Part shown: positions 28,672 to 40,265 of the stretch, piece after piece | Layout of the letters: each line of letters starts with the position of its first letter | Position numbering within the stretch: the stretch's first letter is position 1 | Source: a virus | Length of the DNA: 64,000 nucleotides | Virus record (IMG/VR): IMGVR_UViG_3300046167_000870 | Reading direction: 5' to 3' (one strand) | The notes under the pieces: generated by a model | What the model was told of the DNA's origin: nothing | Database searches by the model: none | What the model saw: the letters and a program-made list of their open reading frames with translations, nothing else | Made by a program: the position numbers and the translations under genes

Positions 28672-29921
28672 AACCTTCTTTTGTTTTTATGTTAAATTTA
28701 TATTTTTTGAAAACATTCTTTATGTCTCCTATTAATTCTTTTTCTTCTTTATCCCAATCAAACAAAAACGAATCATAAGTATATAATACCAGTTTTGTTT
28801 TTTTACCTCTTAATAAACGAAGTACGTCCCATAGTATACGAACGTTCATTGACGTCTCCAAGTTTTGTAACAAATAATTAAACAGCTTTTTGCGGATTCA
28901 TGTTTTCCAACGTATCCTTTTTATAAACAAATTTTGAAACCGGGCACGTTATCTCTCCGTCGCTTTGAAATTTATACCAGAGTTCTTTTACGTATATATC
29001 AATTTTCTTAAAAAATTCGATATGTTTATATTGATCAAATACTCCTCCGTATAATTGCTTAAATGTCAGTTCCTTTGATTTACCGTAACTTACTCCATAG
29101 AGTTGTTGTAAATGACTGTGAATATCCACAGTGGCAAAATTATAATCGATGAGACGACAAGACAAACTAGGATGATAAGCGCTAATATCAATTTCGTACA
29201 AAATATCATTGCTTGGTACAAACGATTTTCTACATCCATTTTCCTTATTAAGTGCTGCATAGTTTACTCCTTTAAATTTGTTTGATGGTCTCGTTGTTGT
29301 AGTTTTAAGGTTGTATTGAGTGTAAACTTTGGGTCTACTCTCATCATAAAAGTGTTTTTTGAATTGTTCGGGATGTATTTGTATTCCCATCCTTTCGATG
29401 GCGTTGAACACCACGGATACTCTATGGTTAAAAAATTCGTCATAGTCTGTTTTTTTATGGTTAATATTATCTTTTAAATCATTGTATATTTGCTCACACA
29501 TTTCATAGTGTTTAACAACTGGAATAAAAGTATTAATACTTGGGTTATCTTTATGTTTATAATTTAATACCTCATGTGCTTTTGTATATGGTCGTATATA
29601 CGTAGTAGGAGGCACATTTATGTCGTAAAGAGCTTTGTTTGGAAAATAATGTAACATCTCCTTTTTATCGCGACAATACAAAATATCAAACTTATTTATC
29701 AATTCGTCTATACGCGTATTTAACGCATTCAATGTTTCACTATGTGAAACGCATAACATATAGCCTTTACTTGCATTAATCGGTCTAATATACACTAAAC
29801 TAATGCTATTTAATGTGGGGTGTACGTGGTCACTATAAGGGATTACCTCAATAAATGCTTGTTTGTAACCACTATTAATTAAAAATTTTATTTGATCTTC
29901 TTCTTCTACTAACCAGTACAT
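28652..29921 (-). CDS. Short family A DNA polymerase-like protein; apparent extra base in A-run at 28887-28891
   Basis: TTTRPS, motif A EIDISAYHP, motif B KELTFKQLYG, repaired KLFNYLLQNLET, motif C LYTYDSFLFD. Confidence 0.75.
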
Positions 29922-29959
29922 ATAACCATATTCAGGACATGAATATACGAATTATTTTG

Positions 29960-30643
29960 CTAGTAACCACTTATTCTTGGAGAAGCGGTTGATTGTTTTC
30001 TTGATGGAGTTTCTTCAATATGAAATTTAGTAAATCGATTATTAAAATAACTTACAAACCCCATTATTTTATTTTGGGTTTCATATAATTTTACAATATT
30101 TTTATTTGTATTATAAACATCTTCTAATTTACCCTCTAAAACCCAATTAATAGTAATTGGAGTATATAATTGCCATTGTACTTTACCACTTTTATCCTTA
30201 TATAGTTGTTGTTGTTTTCCTTTTACTTCTATATATTGTACTTCATTATTTTTCTTTAAAAAGTATCTTTGGTACTCTCCTAATTCATAATCACTTTCTG
30301 TTGGTATACAAATTTCTTGTACTGGTTTGATAGGGGCATTATTTGTAGTATTATAATTTCTTCCTGTAGCACCGTAGTAAGGATAATCTATATTATAAAA
30401 AGATGATATTCTACCACTTTCAGGTTTTCGGTCTAAATTTTCTAAATATAATGGACTTTCATTATTAACCCCATTTTTAGGTTCAAGTTGTCTACTACCA
30501 TTTGCTTGGGGCGTAGCTCCACTATAATATTCTCCTTTTGAATTTATGTAATAAAATCCTTTATAGTCAGCCCCATTAATAGAAAGTTCACTTCCATTAG
30601 TGTATAGATTGGTTTTGACTTGGGATGAAGGATAATATGGCAT
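29960..30643 (-). CDS. Probable baseplate/virion protein
   Basis: Last gene of the tail operon; no catalytic motif. Confidence 0.5.
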   Translation of the reverse strand: MPYYPSSQVKTNLYTNGSELSINGADYKGFYYINSKGEYYSGATPQANGSRQLEPKNGVNNESPLYLENLDRKPESGRISSFYNIDYPYYGATGRNYNTTNNAPIKPVQEICIPTESDYELGEYQRYFLKKNNEVQYIEVKGKQQQLYKDKSGKVQWQLYTPITINWVLEGKLEDVYNTNKNIVKLYETQNKIMGFVSYFNNRFTKFHIEETPSRKQSTASPRISGY

Positions 30644-30645
30644 AA

Positions 30646-33600
30646 TTATGGTAATTTAGTTATTTTTCCTGCTCTAAACTGTGCTTGAGCATCTAATATT
30701 TCTGCATTTACTCTTGGATCCGATCCTTTTATAACTCTTTCAGGTCTTGGTAACGATAAATGGAAGTGAGCACCTGATGCTACTGCTGTTGGTTCTCCAT
30801 ATTCATCTAAATAATACCAATTTTTAGGACCTACAATGAAACTATTTAATACTTTTTTAACTAATTCTAAATTAGTAGCTGTTGGGTTATTAATGGTAAA
30901 ATCAATAGCGTTACCTATCTCATGTCTACTTGTATAGTTTTTAACTTTATTATGGTGATATAAATCATTACCTGCTGTTATTGTAATTCTTATATTTGGA
31001 GCTTCTGTTCTCATAGCTTGTAAAACAGCAATTGTCATATCAGCACCTGCAGATGAAATATCTCCTCCACTAGTTAATTCTCCTTTTAAATTACCATCTG
31101 CATCTATACCTACTGTATATCCTCCTCCACCATCTTGGCCTGATAGTTTTTCTTCTATCTGTGGTATTGGTTTTATATATTCTCTAACTCTATCAGCATT
31201 TGGTGTTGGTCCTAAATATTCTGGTTTTCCATTTCCTCCACCTGTAACATAAGTTTCTGCTGCTTCTGATAATTCTGAGAAATTAAATTTACCTGAAACG
31301 AATGTTCTTGGGATAGTGACAGTATCAATAGATGTTGACCATGAATTTTCTGATATTTCATGGTTTACCTTTGAAACTAAAAATTTATAAGTTTTAGGAT
31401 ATTGATTAGGTAAAAACCCTTGTTCAACATTAATTTGATTATATATTTTAACACCTGATAATCCTTCAAATGTTAAACTCATATCTATAGGAATAAAACC
31501 TATCATTCCTGATGGTGCTCCAGTTTTTTGATAAAGTGTATTATTAATAGTTGTAACATAAGCATTAAATGCAGCTTTTCCTTCTTTTATAATAGCGTCG
31601 TTATATAAAAAGTAAGCGTATTTATTTTTAGCCGTATAACCTATTTTATCTTTACTTGCGACTGCACCAGCAGAATCATTAGTTCCTGCTGCAAAATCAC
31701 CCCCTAATAGTCTTGTTAAATAAAAAATATAATTATTTGAAAATTTAGCTGCCAATTCTTCATGGCTCATTTGCCCTGTAATTTTCTTCATCTTCTCAGC
31801 ATGTAAATAATCTGCTACTTTATTAACATACTCTTCCCAGTTTAACCCACCATTAGTGTCTTCACCTACAAAGGGGTAAACTGAGTTAACTAAAGCTATT
31901 CTATATCCTTTATTTTCAACCCCACAAGCTTTAAAAGTTTTGTTTTGAGAATAATTATCATCTCTTCTCTCTGATAAATCAGGATTAGTTATATTTGCTA
32001 CATTGTCTGTTCCAAAAGTAGATACTTGTTCATCATCATCCCTAAACCAGTTACCAACTGAGTTGTAAATATCTACGGCAAATTCTGCTGCTGCATCTGT
32101 GGCATGACCTAAACCTTCAACTGCTGTGTATGCTCCATCTGCTACAGCATTAAATGCATCTTGTACTACTTCGTCGTGACCTCTATCTTCTTCACCTCCT
32201 GTCCAAGCATTATATAATTGTGTTGCTTGTATTGATGTAATATCTCTAAAACTCGTTATTCCTAATTCATTAGCTTGATCTGCTAATGCTAATTGTTCTT
32301 TCATTATAGCATCTAAAGCAGGATCTATAAATTCTTTATTGTATCTATCATATAACCCAACATTCCATTTAGAAAAAGCAGTTGCATCATAGTCTTTAGT
32401 ATTCCCTCCCGCTGCTGTTGCACCAACAGAAATCATAGTTGCTAATTCGGGTGTAATTTTTGTATCAAAATTAAAATCAGTTACAAAACTTCCTCTATCT
32501 TTTTTTACTCCATAAACATTAAATGAAGGGATAGAATTCATTTTTCCTTTATTAAAAGAAAGTGCTTCTATTCCTGGTATAGTATTTTGTTCTACTATGG
32601 TAATAGTATTATCATTTTTTAATGCTACCTCTAAGTTATTAATACCACCTAAAGCATCATTAATACCATCACATATATTTGTTAAAAATGAAAATATAGA
32701 AACTTGTTTACCTCTATCAGTTTCATCAGTTGCTTTTGCTAATAATTTTGAAATAAAATCATAATTAAGATAAATATTCATTATTTGCCCATATATAACA
32801 GTTTTATCTCCAAAATCTTGTGTTTGTGCAAATGGTTTTAATCTTGCCCACCCAGCGTTATTGTATAACCAAGTTGTTGAACTTTGTTCTTGAGAATTAA
32901 TTGCAAGTGGAGGTCTTATAAGACAAACTCTAGGGTCTAATGATATTTGATTTGGAAAAGCTACACATAAATTTGTGTCTGTATTAGAATCAAAATAAAT
33001 CATTTCTGATGCTTCTCCGAAATCATTTAATAATTTTGGGATACAATATGTTTCTAATTTTCTTACTAACTCCCCAAAAGTCATATAGTAATTATATTTA
33101 TCTAAAGAACCTGCTTCATTAGCTTTTTGAGAAGACTCAAAATTATTAAAGTATAATGATGGGTTAGTAAAATTGGATTGCTCAGCATCCCATTTTTGTC
33201 CTAATATATCAGTAAACATATCTTGAGATAAAGCTGTACTACCCGCGTTTGATACTATTGGTGAATCATCAGCTGTTAATCCTGTATTTTCAAAAGCATT
33301 TGATCCTGTAGTGGCATTTATTTCTTTTACTGATAATGCTGTTGATTTTGTAGCTAATGTTAATGATTCAATTACATCTCCTACAGATATTAAATCTATA
33401 CTAACACCATAAGTACCATCAGTATCATATGACCAATTAAAGTTAGTTACCCTACCATAAAAACCATCATAATTACCATGATATAATTCTTGATAAGCCT
33501 TAATAGAATTAATCATTTCAAGTTGAGTCATGTTAGTATTATTTTGGAACCATTTATCCTCAATAATTGTATTACCAACATTATTTATATCTTTTCCATT

Positions 33601-34257
33601 TGTAGTATACTTATCCCATCCCCATTCAATCATTAAAGTAAAACCTAATCTAAGGTATACTAATTCTATTAACTCAAACTGGAACCTATTATAACATTTT
33701 AACTCTATTGTACCTTTTCTAATAGATCCTCTATTTTGGGAATCCATAGTAAATGAAATTAATCCAGGTGCAGGTACTAAACCTTTATTTGTACCTCCTA
33801 AACCGTATGAATTTGAATTATTCCATAAAGAATTAGTTTTACTTACCCCAGATCTAAAATTGTAATTACCTTCAATATCAACCGTAGTTCCATCATCATC
33901 GTAAGATGTTGGATTTAAAGTTGATAATGTATTAAATAATACTGTTTTTTCAGCTAATCCACTACCTACAAATTCATCTGTATTTGTAATACCTATATCC
34001 CTTAATCTTTTCTCTCCAGTACTAATATTAGCGTCTACATATTCTCCTGAAGTTTTATTAAATATTGAAGGTGAAGAATTACCTACTACAGCAACTGATG
34101 ATGCCATTTTTAACCAAGCTTGTTTATTATTGAGTAATTGAAGTTGGTTTTGATTTCGTAGAGAATCTTCCCCTACCCCACTTCCATAGAGATTTTGCCT
34201 TACTCTTATTTGGTTAAGGACATAATTTTCAAATTGTTCTCCTACAATGTTCCCCAT
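30646..34257 (-). CDS. Baseplate hub / tail-associated lysin with C-terminal peptidase M15-like domain
   Basis: Hub-like N-terminus (LMIEWGW, GRVTNFNWS); C-terminal ITAGND..H, SRHEIGNAIDF, HFHLS. Confidence 0.7.
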   Translation of the reverse strand: MGNIVGEQFENYVLNQIRVRQNLYGSGVGEDSLRNQNQLQLLNNKQAWLKMASSVAVVGNSSPSIFNKTSGEYVDANISTGEKRLRDIGITNTDEFVGSGLAEKTVLFNTLSTLNPTSYDDDGTTVDIEGNYNFRSGVSKTNSLWNNSNSYGLGGTNKGLVPAPGLISFTMDSQNRGSIRKGTIELKCYNRFQFELIELVYLRLGFTLMIEWGWDKYTTNGKDINNVGNTIIEDKWFQNNTNMTQLEMINSIKAYQELYHGNYDGFYGRVTNFNWSYDTDGTYGVSIDLISVGDVIESLTLATKSTALSVKEINATTGSNAFENTGLTADDSPIVSNAGSTALSQDMFTDILGQKWDAEQSNFTNPSLYFNNFESSQKANEAGSLDKYNYYMTFGELVRKLETYCIPKLLNDFGEASEMIYFDSNTDTNLCVAFPNQISLDPRVCLIRPPLAINSQEQSSTTWLYNNAGWARLKPFAQTQDFGDKTVIYGQIMNIYLNYDFISKLLAKATDETDRGKQVSIFSFLTNICDGINDALGGINNLEVALKNDNTITIVEQNTIPGIEALSFNKGKMNSIPSFNVYGVKKDRGSFVTDFNFDTKITPELATMISVGATAAGGNTKDYDATAFSKWNVGLYDRYNKEFIDPALDAIMKEQLALADQANELGITSFRDITSIQATQLYNAWTGGEEDRGHDEVVQDAFNAVADGAYTAVEGLGHATDAAAEFAVDIYNSVGNWFRDDDEQVSTFGTDNVANITNPDLSERRDDNYSQNKTFKACGVENKGYRIALVNSVYPFVGEDTNGGLNWEEYVNKVADYLHAEKMKKITGQMSHEELAAKFSNNYIFYLTRLLGGDFAAGTNDSAGAVASKDKIGYTAKNKYAYFLYNDAIIKEGKAAFNAYVTTINNTLYQKTGAPSGMIGFIPIDMSLTFEGLSGVKIYNQINVEQGFLPNQYPKTYKFLVSKVNHEISENSWSTSIDTVTIPRTFVSGKFNFSELSEAAETYVTGGGNGKPEYLGPTPNADRVREYIKPIPQIEEKLSGQDGGGGYTVGIDADGNLKGELTSGGDISSAGADMTIAVLQAMRTEAPNIRITITAGNDLYHHNKVKNYTSRHEIGNAIDFTINNPTATNLELVKKVLNSFIVGPKNWYYLDEYGEPTAVASGAHFHLSLPRPERVIKGSDPRVNAEILDAQAQFRAGKITKLP

Positions 34258-34259
34258 GA

Positions 34260-34580
34260 TTAAATAACTCCATTTATTGCATTATATAATTTTATAATAG
34301 CTTCAATGTTTGTTGGAATTCTAATCTGTTGATTTAAAGGTAAGTAATATGAATCTTGTTTTAAATTTTCATTTGCAATTGATATAACCCACCAATGATC
34401 AGAATTACCATAATATTCTAAAGCTAAGGTATCAAAACGATCTCCCTGTTCTGCATATACATAAGTGTCATTTACAGATAAAGGGATTCTTGGATATCTT
34501 GTACCTAAATAATTTTTAACTCCTAACTGTTGTTTAGGATTAATTTTTCTAACTATTTTTCTTCTTGTATATCTTCCCAT
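34260..34580 (-). CDS. Baseplate wedge / LysM-like protein (gp53 or tail X-like)
   Basis: GDRFDTLALEYYGNSDHWWVISIAN...QIRIP. Confidence 0.8.
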   Translation of the reverse strand: MGRYTRRKIVRKINPKQQLGVKNYLGTRYPRIPLSVNDTYVYAEQGDRFDTLALEYYGNSDHWWVISIANENLKQDSYYLPLNQQIRIPTNIEAIIKLYNAINGVI

Positions 34581-36476
34581 TATTCTCCAGATTTAGGTGG
34601 CATATAATTTAAAGACCCATTTGAAACTTCTGTATTGCCTGGTCCTCCATCATAGTTAGATCCTAATCCACCTTTCAAGTTAATGAACCTTTCTTGTCCA
34701 TATCTTGAAATGAAATTACCACCACCTTCTACTTTACCTCCATTAAATGAATTTCTTTGTAATCTAGGAACAAAGTCATGAATTGGAGTAAATTGGAATC
34801 CTGATACATTAACTATCATAGGCATTTCTTGTACACTAGGATCTGAGTTTATTTCTCGTGTTCTATCTCCTGCTCCTATTGATGTTACATTCCCTGCGTC
34901 TGTTATTCCAATTTCCCATGGGGCTTCTTGTGGTACATCTAATGTTATACCACTCATAAATCCAACTTGTTCTTGGAACCAACCACCTACAGATAATGTT
35001 ATTAAATTTCCTCTCATATACCCAACATCTGAATAATCACCAGCACAAACTGAAGCTAAATAATTTAATTTTTGATACATTGGTATTAGTTCTTGTTTTG
35101 ATTGTGCTGCTACGGTCCAATCTAATGAAACTGTTCGGCCAAACCCCTTATATTTGTAAAACTCTTCAGATCTTCCCATAAATCTTTGACCTCCCCATTC
35201 TGATTGGTATGAATCACTTAAAGAATTAATTATGGCTCTAAAATGGATATAAGTTTTTTCACTAGGATTATTATTATCTATAACACCAATTCTAAATTTA
35301 ACAAAATCATTTTTATCATTGTCAGATGTTACTGAAGTCGACTTATATAATGGAAAGGCATTAATTTTATCTACAGCATTTTTATATCCTGAATTATTAG
35401 ATATTGATCCAGATATTGAAGTATTAATGTCTCTTTTACCTATAGTATAACTTGATAAATTTCCTCTTTTACCAGGATTACCTAAGTTAACTCTTTGTTC
35501 AAATTGTTTATCAAATTCCCAAGCTATAGTTGAAGGTCTTGTTTGACTTGGACCTAATGTTTGTTGGAAATTAGGGTTAGTTAAATTAGTACCTCCTTGA
35601 CTGTTTGGTATTCTTGGAGTTGAATTACCTGGAATTAAAGGAAGTGAGGGGATACCAAATAATCCAGAAATTGTATTAACAACTGATGTAACAGCATTTA
35701 AAGGATCACTTGATACATTAAATAATTGATTATAGGATAATACTGATTTACCTATACTGTTGCTTGTACCACTACCATAAAAATTTACATCTGTTGGTTG
35801 AAATGTTGTTCTACTAGTAATTGGAATTCTTGTTTTACCAACACCTAATATTGCTCCTGGTCCTCCTGAGTATGTTAGTAAATTTTGCTCACTTGGAGCT
35901 GCTATATTATCAATTTTTGTTAATTGTAAATTTTCTAATCTACTTCTTATTACACCATCAGGCATAATAGTACGTAAATAAGTTGGAAATGCTAATGGTT
36001 GATTTCGATTTGAACTAAATCCAAAATTTCTTGGACCATCTGGGTTTAAGTTATCAAATGGATTGTAACCTTGTTTTGGAACGTGCATTCCAATTGCATT
36101 AGTTCCTGCTTGTATAATTGCTTCTAAAGGAGTATAAACTCCTTGATTCATTACTAGTTTTGCAGGTTCTGCAAATCCTGCTTCACCATTAACGTTAGTT
36201 AATGATAATACATTTTGTTTTGCTATAAATAATGGACCTGCTGGTGATTTAAAATCAAAAAACATTTGTGCCAATCTAGATACATCATTACCTATTCTTC
36301 TAGGTAATAAAGTTCCCCCCACGTAATAGAAAGTCAGGTCCCCCTGTTCTTCCTACATCGTCAATATCTTTAGGAATTGACCTAGTTACATAAGGTTGAT
36401 TACTATTACCACCACCTACTGTATCCTTGCCATACCTTAAAGATTTAAGGTTTGTTGTCAAATTGACTAATGGCAT
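34580..36476 (-). CDS. Baseplate / tube-initiator-like protein; apparent extra G at 36315-36320
   Basis: Upstream frame MPLVNLTTNLKSLRYG... joins after removing one G; FRAIINSLSDSY..W...GRSEEFYKYKGFGR. Confidence 0.65.
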
Positions 36477-36482
36477 ACTGTT

Positions 36483-36713
36483 TTATTTTGGCAAATTATT
36501 CAAATATTTGTCTTGTGGTGATACTGCTCTTTCCAAAGTTGATGGTAAAGGTAGTACTCCGTTTTCTGGTTTTACTTCTTGTGCATTAGGTTTTCCTACT
36601 ATAGAATAATCCTTATGTAAAGTAGACTGTTGAAAATTAGGAACACTTGGTGTTTGACCATTCAAGCCTGATAATTGAGTTTTACCTGATGTTAATTTAT
36701 CTAATAGACCCAT
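36483..36713 (-). CDS. Small virion-associated protein
   Basis: MGLLDKL...YLNNLPK, downstream of a late promoter motif. Confidence 0.55.
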   Translation of the reverse strand: MGLLDKLTSGKTQLSGLNGQTPSVPNFQQSTLHKDYSIVGKPNAQEVKPENGVLPLPSTLERAVSPQDKYLNNLPK

Positions 36714-36757
36714 GATTTTTAGTTTATGTTAATTAATTTATTATAAATATTGATTTT

Positions 36758-39127
36758 TTAACCTCTCGTTATTTGATATAAAGGTACTGGTTTTTGTCGT
36801 TTAAGACCTTTAGCCGTTTCAGCTGATGATTGTGCTATTGTTTTTAAAGAATTAGCCATTGCTGCCATTGCTTTACCATTACCTCCTCCTAAGTTAGTTC
36901 CTGCTACTACAGTATCTTCATTATTTAATGAAATTGAACCTTTAGGTGTTGATAATATTCTATCACCATAACCAGGTGATGAAGGAGCCATTGCCATATC
37001 ATCTGCTTTTAATGACTGATAAGCACCTATGGCACCAGCAACTGCTACTCCCCCTAATGCTAAACCTGCTATAACACCTGGAGGTCCTAAAGCTGACATT
37101 CCACCAACTACTTTTGCAAACATCTGACCAACAGAAATTGCAAAATTTAATAATGCTTTACCTGCTACTACTGTTAATGCTACTCCAACAGCACCAAGAA
37201 TACCTACTAAAGCTGCCATAGCAACTTCTGATTGTGCAAGGGCGGATGCTACACTACCCATCATTTCTACAACAGGAGCAAATGCAGCTCCTATCTTTTT
37301 AACAAATTCATTTATTTTATCAAATGATGCTTGTATTTTTTCTGTTTCACTAGCTTGGTTTAATAAGTTTTTTAACCCTTTTTCTTTTAACATTTGTTGG
37401 GCTTTTTCTAAACCATATTGATCTGTTAGAGATTCTAGCATTTTAGCTCTATTCTCTTTATCAATACCACTAGCTCCTTTTAATTGTTCTTGTATAAATA
37501 AAGTTTTACCTAACTCATCTCTAGACATACCAACAGCTTTAGCTAATGCATCTTGTTGAATTCTATTCATTTCTGCAAACTCAGCTGCTGATCCTGCTTG
37601 TTTAGCTATTTCTGTTGCTACTGTTTCAAGGTCATTATTTAATGCTGCTTGTCTTGCTTTTTCTAAATTAATATTTTTACCTAACAGTAATTCAGCTGCT
37701 AATTCATCTTGTATTGATTGTTCGAAATTTAAAATACTTCCTGCAATATCCTCTACTTTAGATAATTCCATACCTAAACCTTTTGCAGTAGTAATTGCTG
37801 CTGCTAATGCAGGACCACTTTTTCCTAAAGATAATTGTGTGGCTTCAGATGTATTTGCAATCTCAGCCATAACCTTTTTAGAATTTATCTGTATTCCTGT
37901 TGATTCATTTAGGGCTGCTACTTGTTTTAATGTTGAATCTGCAATATCATCAAAAGATTGTCCTGTTGCAAGGGATAATTTTTGTATCCCCATCATTTCT
38001 TCACTAGTTAGACCTGCTGTTTCTCTTAACTTTGTAAATGTAGCTAAGTTTTCGGCATTAAATCTAACAGTTGTACCTAAAGCATCATTTATATCTACAG
38101 TACTTTGTGCTAACCCTTCACTAGAAACAAATAATCTATCACTTCCGATAGCTGCTGCTGCAAAGTCTTCTGACATTTGTCTAGCTTCTTGAGCACCTAC
38201 ATTTAGATTTTTAGCTAGTTTTCCTGTATCTTCTTCTAGTTGTTTTATGCCTTTTATTACTGCCCCAATTGACATTTTAAACCCAGTAGCAAAGGCTTTT
38301 GCTGCTATAGCTACTTGAACTAGTGGATCTTTGAGGGCTGTTTCGATAGCTTCACCAGATAATTCAATTCCTTTTTGAAATATTTCTTGACTGCTTGCTC
38401 CAGTTTCAGCAAATTCTCTTAAATCCGCATTAATTTGATCGAAGCCCATGGCATTCGATAAATCACCTAAACCTATTTTTTGTAGAAGCCCTTCTATCCC
38501 CTTTAACGCAGCACCTGTGCCGCCCATTCTTTCTAATAACTCTTTCTCTTTCTTTATTCTATTATTAATCTTATTGTTTATAGACTCAACAGTTTTGTCT
38601 TCTTTTTGTAAGAATCCAAGTGCTGATTTTTGAGCGTCAGTAAGGTCTTTATATGCTTTTGTTCTTTTATCAATTTTTTCATTGATCATACCTTGAAGAC
38701 CAGATTCTTGAAGCAATTGGATCGCTGCCTCTTTAGCATCTGCTGTTCTTTTAAGAGCTCTTTTTTTAAGGTTTTGAAGCTGTCTTAGATTTAAACTATC
38801 AAGGCCTTCTTCTTCATATTTTAATTTTTTTACTTCAGCAAGTACCCCTTTAAAACCTTTAGCAAATTTTTGTGTTGCAGTAGGTCCTTTTGATATTTCA
38901 TTTATGGTTGCTTCTAATTGGGCACTTAAATCAGAGAAAGACTGGCTCATATTCTCTACTTGAGATTGAACCCCCATTAAAGCATTTTCTAACTTTTTAA
39001 CTTCATTTACAGACTTAGAAATTTCCCCAGCATCCATTCCTGCATAAGGGTTGATTTTTCCAAGTCTATCATATAAAGACTGGATTTGCTTTAATTGTTC
39101 TTGAATTTTTTTAGGATCGGCCGCCAT
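36758..39127 (-). CDS. Tape measure protein
   Basis: Long helical Ala/Lys/Gln-rich protein with a hydrophobic C-terminal region, downstream of tube and chaperone genes. Confidence 0.8.
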   Translation of the reverse strand: MAADPKKIQEQLKQIQSLYDRLGKINPYAGMDAGEISKSVNEVKKLENALMGVQSQVENMSQSFSDLSAQLEATINEISKGPTATQKFAKGFKGVLAEVKKLKYEEEGLDSLNLRQLQNLKKRALKRTADAKEAAIQLLQESGLQGMINEKIDKRTKAYKDLTDAQKSALGFLQKEDKTVESINNKINNRIKKEKELLERMGGTGAALKGIEGLLQKIGLGDLSNAMGFDQINADLREFAETGASSQEIFQKGIELSGEAIETALKDPLVQVAIAAKAFATGFKMSIGAVIKGIKQLEEDTGKLAKNLNVGAQEARQMSEDFAAAAIGSDRLFVSSEGLAQSTVDINDALGTTVRFNAENLATFTKLRETAGLTSEEMMGIQKLSLATGQSFDDIADSTLKQVAALNESTGIQINSKKVMAEIANTSEATQLSLGKSGPALAAAITTAKGLGMELSKVEDIAGSILNFEQSIQDELAAELLLGKNINLEKARQAALNNDLETVATEIAKQAGSAAEFAEMNRIQQDALAKAVGMSRDELGKTLFIQEQLKGASGIDKENRAKMLESLTDQYGLEKAQQMLKEKGLKNLLNQASETEKIQASFDKINEFVKKIGAAFAPVVEMMGSVASALAQSEVAMAALVGILGAVGVALTVVAGKALLNFAISVGQMFAKVVGGMSALGPPGVIAGLALGGVAVAGAIGAYQSLKADDMAMAPSSPGYGDRILSTPKGSISLNNEDTVVAGTNLGGGNGKAMAAMANSLKTIAQSSAETAKGLKRQKPVPLYQITRG

Positions 39128-39151
39128 TAATAGGTTTTATTATAAATATTA

Positions 39152-39400
39152 TTACTTATAACTTGTTTTACCTTTATATGGAGCACTTGCTTGTTTGAAG
39201 TCAGGTACATTTATTTTACCATCTGCATTTACCATATTTTTTTCCCCTTTCTTTTTATCTAATTTTTTCATTTCAGCATTCTGAGCGTCAAAATGGTCCT
39301 GGATTTCTTTAAATGTAAATTTTCGTAGCCAGATAGGCATATTATAAACAGTGTGATAATCAAATCCACCATTACCATGAAATACTATATCATGGATCAC
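39152..39400 (-). CDS. Tail assembly chaperone C-terminal ORF (possible frameshift extension of 39435-40163)
   Basis: VYNMPIWLRKF motif; frame open back to the T7 run at 39449-39455. Confidence 0.6.
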   Translation of the reverse strand: MIHDIVFHGNGGFDYHTVYNMPIWLRKFTFKEIQDHFDAQNAEMKKLDKKKGEKNMVNADGKINVPDFKQASAPYKGKTSYK

Positions 39401-39434
39401 TTTAAATAAATTCTTCCTTGCTAGGGGTGCGGTC

Positions 39435-40163
39435 TTAAGCGTCAGGCCAAAAAAAGTTCAACCCAATGGGTACAACTACCTCCTTCCCATTGTCCAAAAT
39501 ATAGGACAAATCAACATCTGGTTGACTATTTTTAATGTGTTCTCTGAAGGCTCTAGAATCTCGTGCTAAAAATGCTTTATCAACCCATTCTCTGATATAT
39601 TTCTTTTCCTCATTACCATCAACTGATAATATCATATGTTTATATCTTGTACTTAAAGTGGCTGCAGAATCTTTACTTATTTTCTTTAGTCCAGCAATTT
39701 CTCTTTCAATTGCTTTTTCAAGTTTTCCAGTTACTAATTGGTATGTAATAATTGTTCCTGAGGTTGGTAATGTAAATGAAAATTCATTTTTACCTGCTTC
39801 ATATTTAGATTCATCGAATTTTCTATTTTCTAAAGTAGATACATCAATAGTATGTTCTGATTCATCTACTGTTACTTTATAATCTTTACCGTAACCTAAT
39901 ACTCTAGATGCAATCAATAATGCATTTTTATCTCCTATAATTAAATCATCAATATTAATTTTATCATCAACAATTAATGATTTTAATAATTTATCTAATA
40001 CTACACCTTTTTGAATATAAGCTTGGTTAGAAAGAATATCTTCTTCTTTAGCAGTCATATATTTCATTTCTACTTTACCGCTTGATAGTGGGTTTTCTTT
40101 TGAATAAATTAATCCTTTAGAGGGTAAATCTACTTCTTCCGTGGGGAATTTAAAATCACTCAT
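39435..40163 (-). CDS. Baseplate hub assembly / tail chaperone (T4 gp26-like)
   Basis: LPSKG, MTAKEEDIL, GDKNALLIASR..YG, ends NFFWPDA. Confidence 0.75.
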   Translation of the reverse strand: MSDFKFPTEEVDLPSKGLIYSKENPLSSGKVEMKYMTAKEEDILSNQAYIQKGVVLDKLLKSLIVDDKINIDDLIIGDKNALLIASRVLGYGKDYKVTVDESEHTIDVSTLENRKFDESKYEAGKNEFSFTLPTSGTIITYQLVTGKLEKAIEREIAGLKKISKDSAATLSTRYKHMILSVDGNEEKKYIREWVDKAFLARDSRAFREHIKNSQPDVDLSYILDNGKEVVVPIGLNFFWPDA

Positions 40164-40212
40164 ATAATCTTTATTTAGTTCGTAACGTGTTTCTAGTTAT
40201 ACATATCAATAT

Positions 40213-40240
40213 AAAAAAAAGCTTGACCGAAGCCAAGCTA
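40213..40240 (-). terminator. Intrinsic terminator after tail tube gene
   Basis: AGCTTGGC-TTCG-GTCAAGCT followed by a T-run. Confidence 0.85.
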
Positions 40241-40265
40241 TTTTTCAAAATATGCGTAAAATTTC

